From contig NC_043002.1 of NCBI RefSeq assembly GCF_006345805.1, positions 108,872,001-108,936,000 of the forward strand: a DNA stretch of 64,000 bases, written 5' to 3'. The notes beneath the pieces are model-generated. The model was given only the letters and a program-made list of their open reading frames with translations. It had not been told where the DNA came from and did not search any database. The DNA comes from Octopus sinensis (Eukaryota). The translations under genes were made by a program, and so were the position numbers. Shown here piece by piece: positions 11,901-24,730 of this stretch; within the stretch, counting starts at the first letter, position 1, and each line of letters starts with the position of its first letter.

Positions 11901-14900
11901 CTTTACATAATAAACCAAGAAATTTTAATTGAAATTACATAATTATTGATGAGCAGTTGTTTTCTATATGACTGATTCTGGTGAGAGAAAACAAGACAAG
12001 AGGGGACACTCTCCAGATTTAAATTCTAAATGGAATACAGAGGTAAATGAGTCAGATCTTTAATTGTTTGGTGACATTTGCAGGTTTATGGCAGTTCTAT
12101 TGGTGAACTTGCTGAGATATAATGAAACCGTTATTCCAGATCTGAAATGATTTGAGAAATAGAAAGGATTAAATTGTATCTGTGTTTGTCCCCCACTACC
12201 AGTTGACAGCCAGTGTTGTTTACATCCCTGTAACTTAGCAGTTTGGCAACAGAGATCAATAGAATGAATACCAAGCTTTAAAAGAAAAATTAGTAAATAT
12301 TGGGGTCAGTCCATTTGACTAAAGTTCTTCAAGGCAATGCCCCAGTATGGTTGCAATCTAATGACTGAAACAGAAGATAAAGGATAAAAGATTCCAATTG
12401 GATAGGAACTATTTCGGGGAATGTTTTCTTCCTTGACAATGGAATATTTTAATGTCACTCCATGAAACCAGAGTGAAGTATCGTTACCATTCTTGTTAAG
12501 CATATTATAACTTTGGAAGTGGCACTGCAGTGTTGTAAATGATGAGGTGTGAAAATAATTGGTTGAATTATTGTACAGCTAAAAATATCCACATTAATTA
12601 CACCACCAGCATTGTGTGAGAAAATTTAAGGAAATGTTATGTAAATGACAAGAGTTTGGAGATGATGGTAAGACAGAGCTCTCAGCATTGCTTCTTAATT
12701 GGACTGTGTGGTGGCTGTTTATTGATTTAGTAACTAAATTTGTGTAGTGTTGGATCTAGTGAGTTAATTGGTTTTTGTTGCTGTGTGGATCTCTTCTCTA
12801 GCAAAGTGACTGTGCAAAATGTTGTAATCTGTTGACCGATAACAATAACTATTGATCATGCTATATATCAATGTTTACAAATGTTCTTGTCAGAGGTTTT
12901 TCTCTGTGGTTGACCATTTCTCTCATTCACTCTACTTAATATATATATATATATATATAATATATATATATATATAATTGTTATATTTCGGAATGGTCAT
13001 ATTGCCAGTTTAGCCAATAAAATCTTGCACAACAAATATTTAAACGTATATATATATATATATATATAACAAATATTTCTTTCTTTTTAATAACTCTTTT
13101 CTTTTTCTCTTTTCCAGAAAAATGCCAAAGTGTGTGTTCTTGGAGCAGCTGGAGGTATTGGTCAACCGTTGTCCTTGCTGCTGAAGAACAGCCCCCTAGT
13201 CAGCCATTTAGCCCTCTATGATATTGCACACACTCCAGGTGTGGCTGCAGATCTTAGTCACCTTGAGACTAGGGCTAAGGTAACAGGCCACATGGGACCC
13301 AGTGAATTAGAAGAAGCTGTCACTGGTGCTGATGTTGTTCTCATTCCAGCTGGTGTCCCCAGAAAACCAGGTGAGTTGATCATTTCTGTTGAAATCCACT
13401 AACTTTTTCTTTCAATTAAGCTGATGCTTGCAACATAAATCTAAAAGAAATTTTGATAGATTTCTGTTTAGATCACTTTAAAAGGGGAAAGTTTGTAGCA
13501 TCAAACATGGAGCAGTTTTAGGCAGGGTCATAACAAAAGGGTTAATGACTAACAAGATGGATGTAACCTAATCTGGACTTTTCGTATTTGTTGGGGCAGT
13601 AGAATTTAATTAGCAAGGAAACAGTGAGAGGTGGTTAAGTTTTCTGTTTTTAATTAACAAAAAATTAAATGTGTTAAAAATGAGGTAACATTGTGTATGA
13701 AATATTATTGTAAAATAATAAAAAGAAAGTGAGGTTTTGCAGGTAAAGGTTGTCTACTGACATAATGTTATTGTTTCTGAGGCTAGACTGTCATTCTATT
13801 TAGCATTGTGTTACATCAGTCTTTAATAATGTCAAAGACAATTATGTTTATCAAGCCATATATTTATATATTTTCTATGGCATTTTGTGAACAATAGCTC
13901 CATTAAGTTATAAGTTTCAAATGAGCCAAGCTTTAGTTCTCTGTATTTACAACAAGAATGACACAGGAGGATCTGTGTGCAACCTGGATATTTTAATTTG
14001 AAACATTGGCTATGCAATCACATTACTGTTTACAAATATACACACACACACATGTCCATTCATTTTACATATTTTGGTCTGGATTAGACAAATAATCTAA
14101 ATAATTAAACTTAAAAACAGTCTCGATGGATGACAGTTTGTTATCAGAGAATTGTCCAAATGCAGAATGAAAACATTAATACACACATATACAGAGGGGT
14201 CCATACACTTTAAATGTGCTGTGTTTATTTATGTATAATAACAGACACTAATTTTTCTTTTACTCTTTTACATGTTTCAGTCATTTGACTGAGGCCATGC
14301 TGGAGCACCGCCTTTTTTAATCGAGCAAACTCGACCCCGGGACTTATTCTTTTGTAAACCCAGTACTTATTCTATCGGTCTCTTTTGCCGAACCACCAAG
14401 TAATGGGGACATAAACACACCAGCATCGGTTGTCAAGCAATGCTAGGGGGACAAACACAGACACACAAACACACACACGCATATATGTATATACATATAT
14501 ATGACGAGCTTCTTTCAGTTTCCGTCTACCAAATCCACTCACAAGGCTTTGGTTGGCCCGAGGCTATAGTAGAAGACACTTGCCCAAGGTGCCACGCAGT
14601 GGGACTGAACCCGGAACCATGTGGTTGGGATAAACTTTGAAGAAAGTGACTTCATTTAAAATGAAATAAACAATGATGGGGAAGCAGAAAAATACCTTTG
14701 TCTTCCTGAATTTACTAAAATAAGAAAATTCTTCAAATTTGGTGAACCATGCACTGTCCTGTAACTTTTAATTTCATATTACTATATAGACGCAAGAGTG
14801 GCTGTGTGGTAAGTAGCTAGCCACTGCATGGCACATTGGGCAAGTGTCTTCTACTATAGCCTCGGGCCGACCAAAGCCTTGTGAGTGGATTTGGTAAACG

Positions 14901-17900
14901 GAAACTGAAAGAAGCCCATTGTATATATGTATATATATATGTGTGTGTGTGTTTACATACCCGTAACTTAGCAGTTCAGCAAAAGAGACCAATACAATAA
15001 GTACTAGGCTTACAAAGAATAAGTCCTGGGGTAGATTTGCTCGACTAAAGGCGGTGCTCCAGCATGGCCATAGTCAAATGACTGAAACAAGTAAAAGAAT
15101 ATATTTAGCAGAAAAGCATAAATTTCATATATAGTTCATATTTTGTATCCAACAGCTGTTTCATTAAGATAAACAACAGCAACTGTAAAATTACATAATT
15201 GTGATACATAATTACAATCAATTTTAAAACTGTCTACTTAAATCATCACAAATGTTCTGTTATGTTACTGTGGATTCTCTTATAGTTATACATAAATTCT
15301 CTCTATATAAAATATATATATCATCATTGTCATCATCCTTTAACATTCAATATTAACTGCTGTTCATCATCATCATCCATCATTTAACATCTGCTTTCCA
15401 TGCTGGCATGGGTTGGACAGTTTGACTGGAAATTGGTAAGCTGGGGAGCTGCACCAAGTTCCGATCTGATTTGGCAAGGTTTCTATGGCTGGATGCCCTT
15501 CCTAATGCCAACCACTCCAAGAGTGTAGTGGATGCTTTTTACGTGCCACTAGCACAGGTGTCATTGATGTGACACTGGCATCAGCCATGACTACGATCTC
15601 ACTTGGGTTGACAGGTCTACACAAGCACAATATATCGCCAAAGGTCTCGGTCACCTGTCACTGCCTCTGTGAGGTCCAATGCTTGAACAGTACTTTTTAC
15701 ATGCCACCGGCACAGGTGGCATTGCATATCTTGTATAAATTCTACACATTGTTATGCTTTTTATATATATTTTTTCCCATTGTAAAATCAACTTGATTTT
15801 GTTACTGACAAACTCCTTCATTATTACAATGTGTTTGTCAGGCAAGAACAAATGTTCCATGAAGTTTTTAAAAACCCTTCTTATTTTTTAATTATCATTT
15901 TTTTTTTTATGGTTTTTGAATTTAGTCTGACCTTCCAACATTTAAGATATGGTAAATTTTATTTACTTTAAAAAACAAATTCATAAAATATAAAAATATC
16001 ATTCACCACATTAACCTCTACCCCTATCTCTAACCATCTGCCACTCTCTTCTCAAACTGTGGTGAACTTATCCACCCATCTTTCCCATTCTTCTGCCTGT
16101 ATTAGCTCTTATACTCATCTTCTTGCGCCTTGAGCATGTTCTCTGATGCCTTATCACTACCATCAGTGTCTTTTCAGCTACTTCCTCCTACCCTTATATA
16201 ATGTAGGGTAGCCATATATCTCCTCTCTATCAAACCACCAGTTCCTGTCCCTCACTAGAGCCAGTGTCTCTGAAAAGCTCCCAGTACTCTTTGTAAAGTG
16301 GTTGGCATTAGGAAAGGCATCCAGCCATAGAAACCATGCCAAAACAAGACATTAGAGCTGAATGCAGTCCTCTGGCTTGTTGGGTCCTGTCAAACCATCC
16401 AACCCATGCCAATGTATTTATTTCAGAATTGTTTCATTGCATTAGTAAATGGCTATCAGTTACGTGATCAGCAATGGAATGAACATTAAAAGTATTATTA
16501 CTATTATAGAAAACTGAAACGTTATTATGGTGATTTATGTTCTGTATTACTTACCAGTTAGCTTGAACAATAAGTGTATCTTATGCCATCTTGATTAAAG
16601 CCATGGAAAAAGATATAATATTTAGTTTCCATATGGTGTACACTCATAATTTTTAGATTTAAAAATCTGAGATAAAATGCACATATAACGTGCATGAATA
16701 AATTTGTGCGTGTTTTTTTAATGGTTTTCTCCTTTAACCCTTTTGTTACCAACCCAGCTGAAACCACCTCTGGCTCTGAGTACAAATGTCTTGTTTTCAT
16801 AAGTCTTGAATTAAAATCTTCCACCAAACCTTAGTCACAATATATGTTCCTAACACCAGCTTAATGATAACTAAGTTATTTTGCTAAATTCTTTGTTATA
16901 TTTAAAATCAATTGAAAGAAACACAGAGCATCTCAAAATAAATATGGTAACAAAAGGGTTAAAATATATAATAGACAAACAATTCTTAACCCTTTTGATA
17001 CCAACCTGGCTGAAACCAGCTCTGGTTCTATAGTACAAATGTCTTGTTTTCATAAGTTTTGAATTAAAATCTTCCACCAAACCTTAATCACAATTTATGT
17101 TCCTAACACTAGCTTAACGATAACCAAGTTACTTTAGTAAATTCTTTGTAATATTTAAAATTAATTGAAAGAAACACAGGGCATATCTACAGAAATATGG
17201 TAACAAAAGGGTTAAATCAGCCACTTCATAAATTGTTATCTCTTGTTGGTCGATGTTACATGATTGAGTTTTCTTTTTCTTCCCCAGGGATGACTCGAGA
17301 TGATCTCTTCAACACAAATGCATCCATTGTTGGCAATTTAGCTGATGCCTGTGCCCAGTTCTGCCCCAAAGCTATGTTGGCCATAGTGACTAACCCAGTA
17401 AGTTGTCCCTCTCTTCCACACTTCTGGTTAGGAATTGCAATTGGTTCCATTCTGTTTACATGTTTTTTTAATGAATTAACTAGTAATAGTATTAGATATT
17501 AAGAGTAGAAATTAATATTATTAAATAATATCAATTTCAACCAGTGGTCAGCATACTTTAAAAACCTCCGAGGACCATCAATTGTATTTAAATATAAATA
17601 AGACCACTAAGTGCATCCCTTGTATGCTAAAAGTAGAATGACATCTATCTTTAGCATACAAGGGATCCACTTAGTGGTCTCTCCTGTTATTTATATTTAA
17701 ATATTAGATATTATAAACACCAATTTGAGACAGAAAAGTGCCACAGGCAGTCACTGGCTACTGTGTGGAGACCTGTAACTGTTTTCTGTTTGAAATTAGT
17801 GATTGTATTGTTTTCGAATTTTGGCACAAGCCCAGCAATTTCAGCGGGGGGTAAATCATTTACTTCAACCTCAGCAGTTAACTGGTATTTATTTTATGAA

Positions 17901-20900
17901 CCCTGAAAAGATAAAAGGCAAAGTTAACCTCGGCAGAATTTGAACTCAGAACTTCAGCCAAAATGCCACTAAGCATTTTTGCCGAACATGCTAACGATTC
18001 TGCCTGCTCATTAATGATTATATTAACATCTTATATTATATGGGTTAATCAACAAAAAAACTGAAAACAGCTGGTTTTATAATAGAGTTGTTTAAGTTTG
18101 TGATTCAGAGCTTTTCTTTGCCTTTCATCCAGGAGAATTTTGGATGTGTGGGTTCAACTGGGTTTTATTTTTTTGTTGTTGTTGTTGGTTTATGATCTAG
18201 AACCTTAAGGCTTTATGTTTTTATTTATTTTAGTGTTGTCACCATGCTAGCATGGATTAAATAGTTCTGTAAATCTATACATTTCTTAGAATTATTGAAA
18301 AAATAGTTTTGAGTGTTTATAGAGCTAAACCACTTCAATACTAAGAACCAGGTAACCTACTTTGTTAACTCTTTAAATTGAGATTTGAGCATTTTTCTGT
18401 TATGAATTTCTGATAAAATGTAATAAATGATACTTAATGTGGCTTCTAAAACCAAATTTTACTTCCTTGCAGGTAAATTCTACTGTCCCAATTGCTTCAG
18501 AAATTTACAAAAAGAGAGGAGTATATGATCCCAAAAGAATCTTTGGTGTCAGCACTTTAGATGTTGTCAGAGCAAACACATTTATTGCTGAAGCAAGGGT
18601 ATTCATCTTTTCTGTTTTTTAAATTTCATCTCTGTTCATAAATATTACAAACATTTTATTATGAAAGTAACTTAATGTTTCTCTTTTATGACTAACAATA
18701 GAAATAAGTTGATTATTTAACTCTTGAAATTTTACACAATATTCCTGAAATGAACTTAATTAATGATAATCATTATTATAATCTTTAATTTTACTACTTT
18801 TGTTTCCAGGGTTTGGATGTATCTAAAGTGAGTGTCCCAGTCATTGGTGGTCACTCAGGTGTTACTATCATCCCTCTCATTTCACAATGTACTCCTCCAG
18901 TATCTTTCCCTCTTGTAAGTACTTCTTTCCTACTATGAAATATCTCTGTTGATTCAATCCCTTATTTTTTTTTCATCATGTCAGTACAGATTAAGAAATG
19001 TGTCCCCACATTTGGATGATGAATAGACTGCAGTGCACCGTTATGGCATTAGAATTGACTTTTCCAATTCTTTCTTGATCAAAGTGACAAAATTGTTTTT
19101 ACCTTTTAGAATCTATCAAAGATGACACAGTATCCATTGCTGCATCCACTAAGCTTTTCATTGGCTAAATTGTAACCACTCATTGCTGATGTAACCGTTA
19201 TAATGTGACATAACACATTCAGGAATAACTTATCTGTTGACTCTCACAGATAAAACTAGTTGAAACTTATTGTAAATATAAATAGTTAAGTGGCACCTGT
19301 GTCGGTGCCACTTGAAAAGAACCTAGTGCACTCTGTAAAGTGGTTGGCATTAGTTAGGGCATCCAGCCATAGAACCCATGTCAAAGCAGATAGTGGAGCA
19401 CAATGCTGTCTTCAGATTCTGTCAAACTGCCCAAGCCATACTAGCATGAAAAAAACACGTTAAATGATGATCATATCTAAAGATAACATTGTCTGAAAAA
19501 CCATAACCTTCTATCTCAAACTTTTAAACATTTGTATATTTACCTCCTGTTCACTGGTGTTAGACATAGATGTACTACTACTACATTGATCACAACAATA
19601 ATAAAATGGGTCTTGGGTTTTTGTATTTTATTAAATTTTTTTTTTTTTTTACAATCTAATGATAAAAATTCATTTCTATTTCTCTCTAGGAAGAAAGAGT
19701 TCGTCTAAGTGTCAGAATTCAGAATGCTGGTACCGAGGTTGTTGAAGCTAAAGCAGGAGCTGTATGTATCTTTTATCTCCACTTTTAAACTCTAGAAAAG
19801 TATTTTTCTTATATCCATTACAGACGGCCACAAGGAAGACTTGTGAAGTTAACTTTACAATCACATTTGCAACAAGTTTTGACCTCCCTTTATGGTACTT
19901 CCTACCATGACCTCCTAGCCTAGTAACCAATGCATTAGCAATGAAATTTTCCAGATGCCTCTTAATACATTCTTATGATACAATATGAAAATAAGTGAGA
20001 GGTGTTGCTTCGGTCTTTAGGCTGTGGCCATGCTGGGGCAATGCCTTGGAGAATTTTTAGTCAAATGCATCAACCCCAGTACTTAATTTTTTAAGCCTGG
20101 CACTTATTCTGTCAGTTTCTTTTTGCCAAACTGCTAAGTTACAGGGGTGTAAACACACTGACACTGGTTGACAAGTGGTGGTGGGGGAAAAAGGCACACA
20201 CACAAATACATAAATGCATACATCAGGCTTCTTTCAGTTTCCATCTACCAAATCCACCCACAAGGCTTTGGTTGGCTTGAAGCTAAAGTAGAAGATAGCT
20301 GCCCAAGATGCCACACAATGGGACTGAACCCGAATCATGAGATTTGGAAAGAATGCTTTGCAATACAAAATCTTGCTTCACCAAATCAGTTTTTTTTTTA
20401 TGTGTTTTGTTTTAATGACCCTTACTGTAATTGTGACATTTTTTATGTTTCTATTTTGACAGGGATCTGCAACATTGTCAATGGCCTACGCTGGGGCTCG
20501 TTTTGCCTTTTCCCTTTTAGAGGCTCTTTCTGGAGTTGAAGGCATAGTTGAATGCGCATATGTAAAATCTGACGAAACTGAAGCTAAATATTTCTCTACC
20601 CCCATTCTTCTTGGAGTAAGTAAATATGTCAAACTTTAATAAATTCTTTAGCTAAATCTTTAATCCTAACTCTGAAGTTGACTTAACCTATTTCTTTATT
20701 ACCCACAAGGGGCTAAACACAGAGGGGACAAACAAGGACAGACATAAGTATTAAGTCGATTACATCGACCCCAGTGCTTAACTGGTACTTAATTTATCGA
20801 CCCCGAAAGGATGAAAGGCAAAGTCGACCTCGGCGGAATTTGAACTCACAACGTAACGCAGATGAAATACCGCTAAGCATTTCGCCCGGTGTGCTAACGA

Positions 20901-23035
20901 TTCTGCCAGCTCGCCACCTTTTGTTGACTTAACCCTGAACTCTGAAGTTGACTTAACCCTTTACCATTCAGATTACTGATTGATACCAAGACTCCCTGAC
21001 TGGCTCCCATGTAGGTGGCACTTAAAAAAGCACCACCCGAATGTGGCCGATGCCAGTACCCCCTGACTGGCTCCCATACCAGTGGCACATAAAAAGCACT
21101 ATCTGGACATGATTGATGCCAGACCCACCTGACTGGCTGCCATGCCGGTGGCATGTAAAAAGCACTATCTGGACATGATTCATGCCAGGCCCACCTGACT
21201 GGCTCCTATGCCGGTGGCATGTAAAAATCACCCACTACACTCTTGGAGTGATTGGCATTGGGAAGGGCATCCAGCTGTAGAAACATTGCCAGATTGGATT
21301 GGAATTTGGTGCAGTCGCTGGCTCTCCAGACCTCAGTCAAACTGTCCAAACCATGCTGGCATGAAAAACGGACATTAAACAATGATGATGATTACGCTGT
21401 CAAATGTAATGCTTGTTTATTCACATAGCTTTAAATTAATCATGCTTTTAATCATATAGCTTTGAGATTTTCATGTGATTATTTTTAGAATGACATTGTT
21501 GTGTAGGTGTGAGGGGTCCGATCTGGCTGGTTTCGACGTAAAGCAAACGGAACCTTTTGACCAGATACGGCCAGTTTAAATGCTAAAGAGTTAGACTTCT
21601 ACATAAACTGTCAGATTTCTTTCCTAGCAAAATGAATGAAGATATTTGTGGAACTGCTAAATTGCTGTTTACGGAAATAACCAGAGACCTCTTAAATAGT
21701 AGAAAGTCACTTGGGAAAGGTTTAAATCTGTTTTGTTTAGAGCGCAACTTTTATTGTAGTGCATGGTGGATAAAGATCGATGGACTGGCGTACCAGTTAT
21801 GCTTTTGATCAAACTTAAATATTAAATGCACAGATATCAAATTGTGGTTACAATTATTTCTCTTCCTTTGAAATAATTTAATAAAATCTGTGTCATAATT
21901 AATATGACATCGGTGGCACGTAAAAAGCACCATCCGTTTGTGGCCGTTGCCAGCCTCGCCTGGCCCCATGCCGGTGGCATGTAAAAAGCACCATCTGTCC
22001 ATGGCCGTTTGCCAGCTCCGTCTGGCACCTGTGCGGGTGGCACGTAAAAAGCACCCACTACACTCACGGAGTGGTTGGCGTTAGGAAGGGCATCCAGACG
22101 TAGAAACTCTGCCAGATCAGACTGGGCCTGGTGCAGCATTCTGGCTTCACAGACCCCAGTTGAACCGTCCAACCCATGCCAGCATGGAAAGCGGACGCTA
22201 AATGATGATGATGATTAAAGGATTCATTTTCTCATCCTGCACTCAGTACAGTTTAATCCAGCTCCTGTTTCTATTTGGAAATAATATAATGTAAATATTT
22301 AGAATTGTATTTAGGCAATTCCTCTAAAGATTTGTTATATCAAATAAAACCGATTTTCTGCTGTACTAAGGAGATAACTTTACTTTGCCATTTACATACT
22401 AAATGTATATATAAAATTAGAAGGAATACTGCTGTTTTTGTTTGTCTGAGAGGAAATCTCTTCATAGATTCAGTTGCATTCACAGACTTTTTTTTATAAC
22501 CCAGCAAGCTTTCTGCAATACCACTGTATGCATTATTGTTTGTTTCCTATATATTGAACCATGAATTTCATCTTAAACAGATAACAAATGGGTACATAGA
22601 AGTGACAAGCCCCTACAAGGGTGTTGTTCTTGTGGGTCTGTGCTGCAATGATATCTGCTTTGCTCCAGTATAAATTGTGGTTTTAACATGTCTATGCAGA
22701 GAATTTTCTCCCACCCAAAAACTACAGCATCGTACCTTCTAACAATGTATATATGTTTTAGTATGATACACAAATGGCAAATTTAGTCTGATCCTGTCCT
22801 GAATTCCATTAACCAAAGTAACCTTTGTTATTTATTCTAACAGTCTGTCTGAAGTATTCTTGTAATAACCCTAACGACACACTGCTTGCTTTTACTTCAG
22901 GTAAATGGAGTTGAGAAAAATCTTGGAATTGGTAAGTTGATTGAATATGAAGTTGAACTCATCAAAGCTGCACTGCCTGAATTGAAGACAAACATCCAGA
23001 AAGGTGAAGACTTTGTCGCTAAAATGATGGCTTGA
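1289..23035 (+). CDS. MDH2: Mitochondrial malate dehydrogenase, complete 8-exon gene; join(1289..1369,13118..13370,17288..17397,18473..18598,18810..18914,19690..19761,20463..20615,22901..23035), 1035 nt, 344 aa
   Basis: All introns GT-AG with compatible phases. The spliced product contains the GAAGGIG NAD-binding motif, [35 protein letters not shown] (catalytic His) and [14 protein letters not shown], which are typical of mitochondrial MDH. Confidence 0.98.
4110..5870. mobile_element. Mosaic of family B and related SINE fragments and (TA)n tracts in MDH2 intron 1; further family B fragments at 10140-10340, 20015-20340, 35060-35385, 46785-46905 and 59520-59690
   Basis: Partial module matches. 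Confidence 0.65.
4873..5007 (-). mobile_element. 3' terminus of an RTE-like LINE (..[43 protein letters not shown]) followed by (TA)n
   Basis: Stop-free on the minus strand up to TGA at 4875-4873; W..D.R...G..WM..A..R..W pattern resembles RTE ORF C-termini. Confidence 0.6.
7132..7326 (-). mobile_element. Family A SINE copy (young, CpGs intact)
   Basis: Near-identical to 664-900. Confidence 0.85.
8120..8480 (-). mobile_element. Degenerate RTE-clade LINE ORF C-terminal fragment
   Basis: With frameshifts reads [21 protein letters not shown]...[14 protein letters not shown], matching the RTE 'RLRWYGHV..G.RGRGRPRKTW' pattern. Confidence 0.7.
8519..9870. mobile_element. Cluster of older family A SINE copies (8519-8700 +; about 9130-9290, 9330-9490, 9560-9720, 9770-9870 -)
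   Basis: Degenerate matches to the family A core; CpGs mostly decayed. Confidence 0.65.
11200..11800 (-). mobile_element. Highly degenerate RTE-like APE endonuclease fragment
   Basis: Remnant GFGTR..E, DL.ICNTN.RK and DFIL..K...LVVNT motifs with stops and frameshifts. Confidence 0.45.
13118..13370 (+). CDS. MDH2: MDH2 exon 2 ([16 protein letters not shown]...AGVPRKP/G), 253 nt
   Basis: Long polypyrimidine tract plus CAG acceptor; donor G|GTGAGT, phase 1; Rossmann-fold motif. Confidence 0.98.
14259..15098. mobile_element. Two family B SINEs (tRNA head, CORE-like segment, internal (TA)n(TG)n, 3' module) in head-to-head orientation: 14259-14630 (-) and 14793-15098 (+)
   Basis: gtggctgtgtggtaag..GGGTTCAGTCCC head, caccttgggcaagtgtctt CORE-like segment, and shared 3' module ending gactgaaacaagtaaaaga. 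Confidence 0.85.
16734..17215. mobile_element. piggyBac-like MITE dimer (TTAA-CCCTTTTG...CAAAAGGG-TTAA) with a 23-bp spacer
   Basis: TTAA at 16734, 16959, 16986 and 17212; TIRs start with CCC. Confidence 0.85.
17288..17397 (+). CDS. MDH2: MDH2 exon 3 ([12 protein letters not shown]...IVTNP), 110 nt
   Basis: ttttctttttcttccccag acceptor, GTAAGT donor, conserved MDH motif. Confidence 0.98.
17815..18010 (-). mobile_element. Family A SINE copy
   Basis: aaaggcaaagttaacctcggcagaatttgaactcag core. Confidence 0.75.
18473..18598 (+). CDS. MDH2: MDH2 exon 4 ([10 protein letters not shown]...FIAEAR), 126 nt
   Basis: ttccttgcag acceptor, GTATTC donor, [15 protein letters not shown] motif. Confidence 0.97.
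18810..18914 (+). CDS. MDH2: MDH2 exon 5 ([35 protein letters not shown]), 105 nt
   Basis: tttgtttccag acceptor, GTAAGT donor, catalytic GGH motif; too short to appear in the ORF track. Confidence 0.97.
19690..19761 (+). CDS. MDH2: MDH2 exon 6 ([24 protein letters not shown]), 72 nt
   Basis: tttctctctag acceptor, GTATGT donor, [13 protein letters not shown] motif. Confidence 0.96.
20463..20615 (+). CDS. MDH2: MDH2 exon 7 ([11 protein letters not shown]...FSTPILLG), 153 nt
   Basis: tttctattttgacag acceptor, GTAAGT donor, conserved motif. Confidence 0.97.
20690..20920 (-). mobile_element. Family A SINE, full length
   Basis: Near-identical to 664-900. Confidence 0.88.
21396..21594. mobile_element. 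Second MITE-like family; related copy in the opposite orientation at about 34770-34978
   Basis: The two segments are reverse-complement homologues; one ends in aatgctaaagagttag, a TTAA/CCC-type TIR remnant. Confidence 0.5.
21905..22215 (+). mobile_element. Family C SINE-like element (internal gtggcacgtaaaaagcacc modules; ggaagggcatccag body; (GAT)n tail); other copies about 15380-15720 -, 16280-16410 +, 19300-19470 +, 20990-21390 +, 25550-25725 +, 57100-57455 -, 60490-60870 -
   Basis: Shared body and short tandem (GAT)n tail typical of elements mobilised by RTE-type LINEs; the module copy number varies between copies. Confidence 0.75.
22901..23035 (+). CDS. MDH2: MDH2 exon 8 coding part ([11 protein letters not shown]...[11 protein letters not shown])
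   Basis: cttttacttcag acceptor; C-terminal helix motif [15 protein letters not shown]; stop TGA at 23033-23035. Confidence 0.97.
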   Translation, partial: VNGVEKNLGIGKLIEYEVELIKAALPELKTNIQKGEDFVAKMMA

Positions 23036-24730
23036 ATTTCTACAGACACATTAGAAGCAAAACAGAACTGAAAAGCATCACATCATCATTGTAGATCACC
23101 TGCCATTTCCCTGTCTCTCTTTTTCTCTTCCTTTCTTTCAAAATTCTTATCTCAGCTCACATTGCTCTGTGATCAGTTTTGTCTAAGTGATATCTCAACC
23201 GTCACAAATGTAAAACGAAAAGCATTTGAGGCAGAAATACTAAACAGACTGAGAGAGAGAAAAAAACAAACAACAGACTCAACACGATTAGCTGGTGGGA
23301 AACGAAGTTTGTGACATTCAAATAACGATGAAAAAAAAAAGAACTTTAACAAAAAAAAAAAGAACTTTAACAACAACAAAAAAAGGAAAAAAAAACATTA
23401 ACTTGTGTTATAGCTTTCTGACTCTTCTTTGACACCTATTATTATTATTATTTTCTTCTTCCTTGTACAGCATCAGACTTAGGTGTAGCTCTAGTAGGGA
23501 TTGGATTGTGAATGCGTGTTTCTTTCTCTCCTCTCCCTTCCCTTTGACAGCGCCTTCTCAACTTCTCCTACTGCTAAATATGTCGAAATTGTTCAGCCAA
23601 TGTTTTTCCATGACTTGGAAAGTTGAACTAGATTGGTGCCGCTGTAGCAGTAATCTGTCTTTATATCTCTTCAGTATTTCCTGTGCTTGTCCAGTTTAAA
23701 AGGAGCTGTATTATGGACTACAAACTAAAATTAAGTCAACTGAAAAACTGCACTGAACATAAAACATCTCAGAATAAATTAATGATTTGTTAAATTAGTT
23801 TGTTGATATTGTTTTTTTCCCCTGTGGAACTTTTCTTTAACTTTAGCAACAGCTGTTGTTATTGCTTCTCTTTTCATTATATCTATTTTGCCATTAACTA
23901 TTAATGGTCATCATGATCACTGTACTTCTAAGAGTTATTAGCCAAACTTAATCTGAATATTGGTTTGGAATGATTTCTAATCTTAAAGCACTGCTAATCT
24001 TCATTTCAGGACTGTATCCCTAATGAGTAAATTGCCTGGATTCAAAAATAATTTTCAAAGTAATCAACATTTGGGTGGGGTTTATTATATATTAATGTTG
24101 ACCAACAGAAATTTTGCAATATCATTCACGATAAAATCTGAGGGTAAATTTTTATATCTGGCTTTAAGAAATTGCTGTTCAACCAAGTAAATCCATATTT
24201 TGTAACTAATCTCTTACCGTGTGACCAGTGAGGATATTTTTCTTAAAGAAAACAATTTTAGTTTAGCAAAACTAAGCATCTTTGATATTATTACACTACA
24301 TGAAAATTTTTGATTGGTTTTTGTAGGGAAATACTTTTTTTGGAGGAATAAAGTTCCTTAATATTTTAGTTTATACTGAAAGTAGAATATTCAGCTGTAG
24401 ATTTGCCAGTTATATAAATAAAAAAATAACTGCCGGCTGGCTCAATAATCTTTTAAACTTCGAGCTGAGGGAGGAACAAGACTAAGAAGATATAAAGTAG
24501 ATGACAATGCAACAAGTGACACAGAATACAGTTTTAGATAAAAAAAATATTTGTATTCATACTAAATATGTTACTTGTTGAGAATGTGGTCACATTTAGC
24601 ATACAAGTGAAGAATTAAAAAAAAGAAATCTGAAATTTTACAAGTGAAAAGATTTAAAGTTAAGTTATTAATGAGCATTAATATATGGCTGTGTTCAATT
24701 TACAATAAAATATTTCCAAGTTTAATGCTA
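23036..24730 (+). other. Probable MDH2 3' UTR with candidate AATAAA signals at 23773, 24347, 24417 and 24704
   Basis: AT-rich, essentially free of the interspersed repeats seen elsewhere; the true cleavage site cannot be determined from sequence. Confidence 0.45.
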
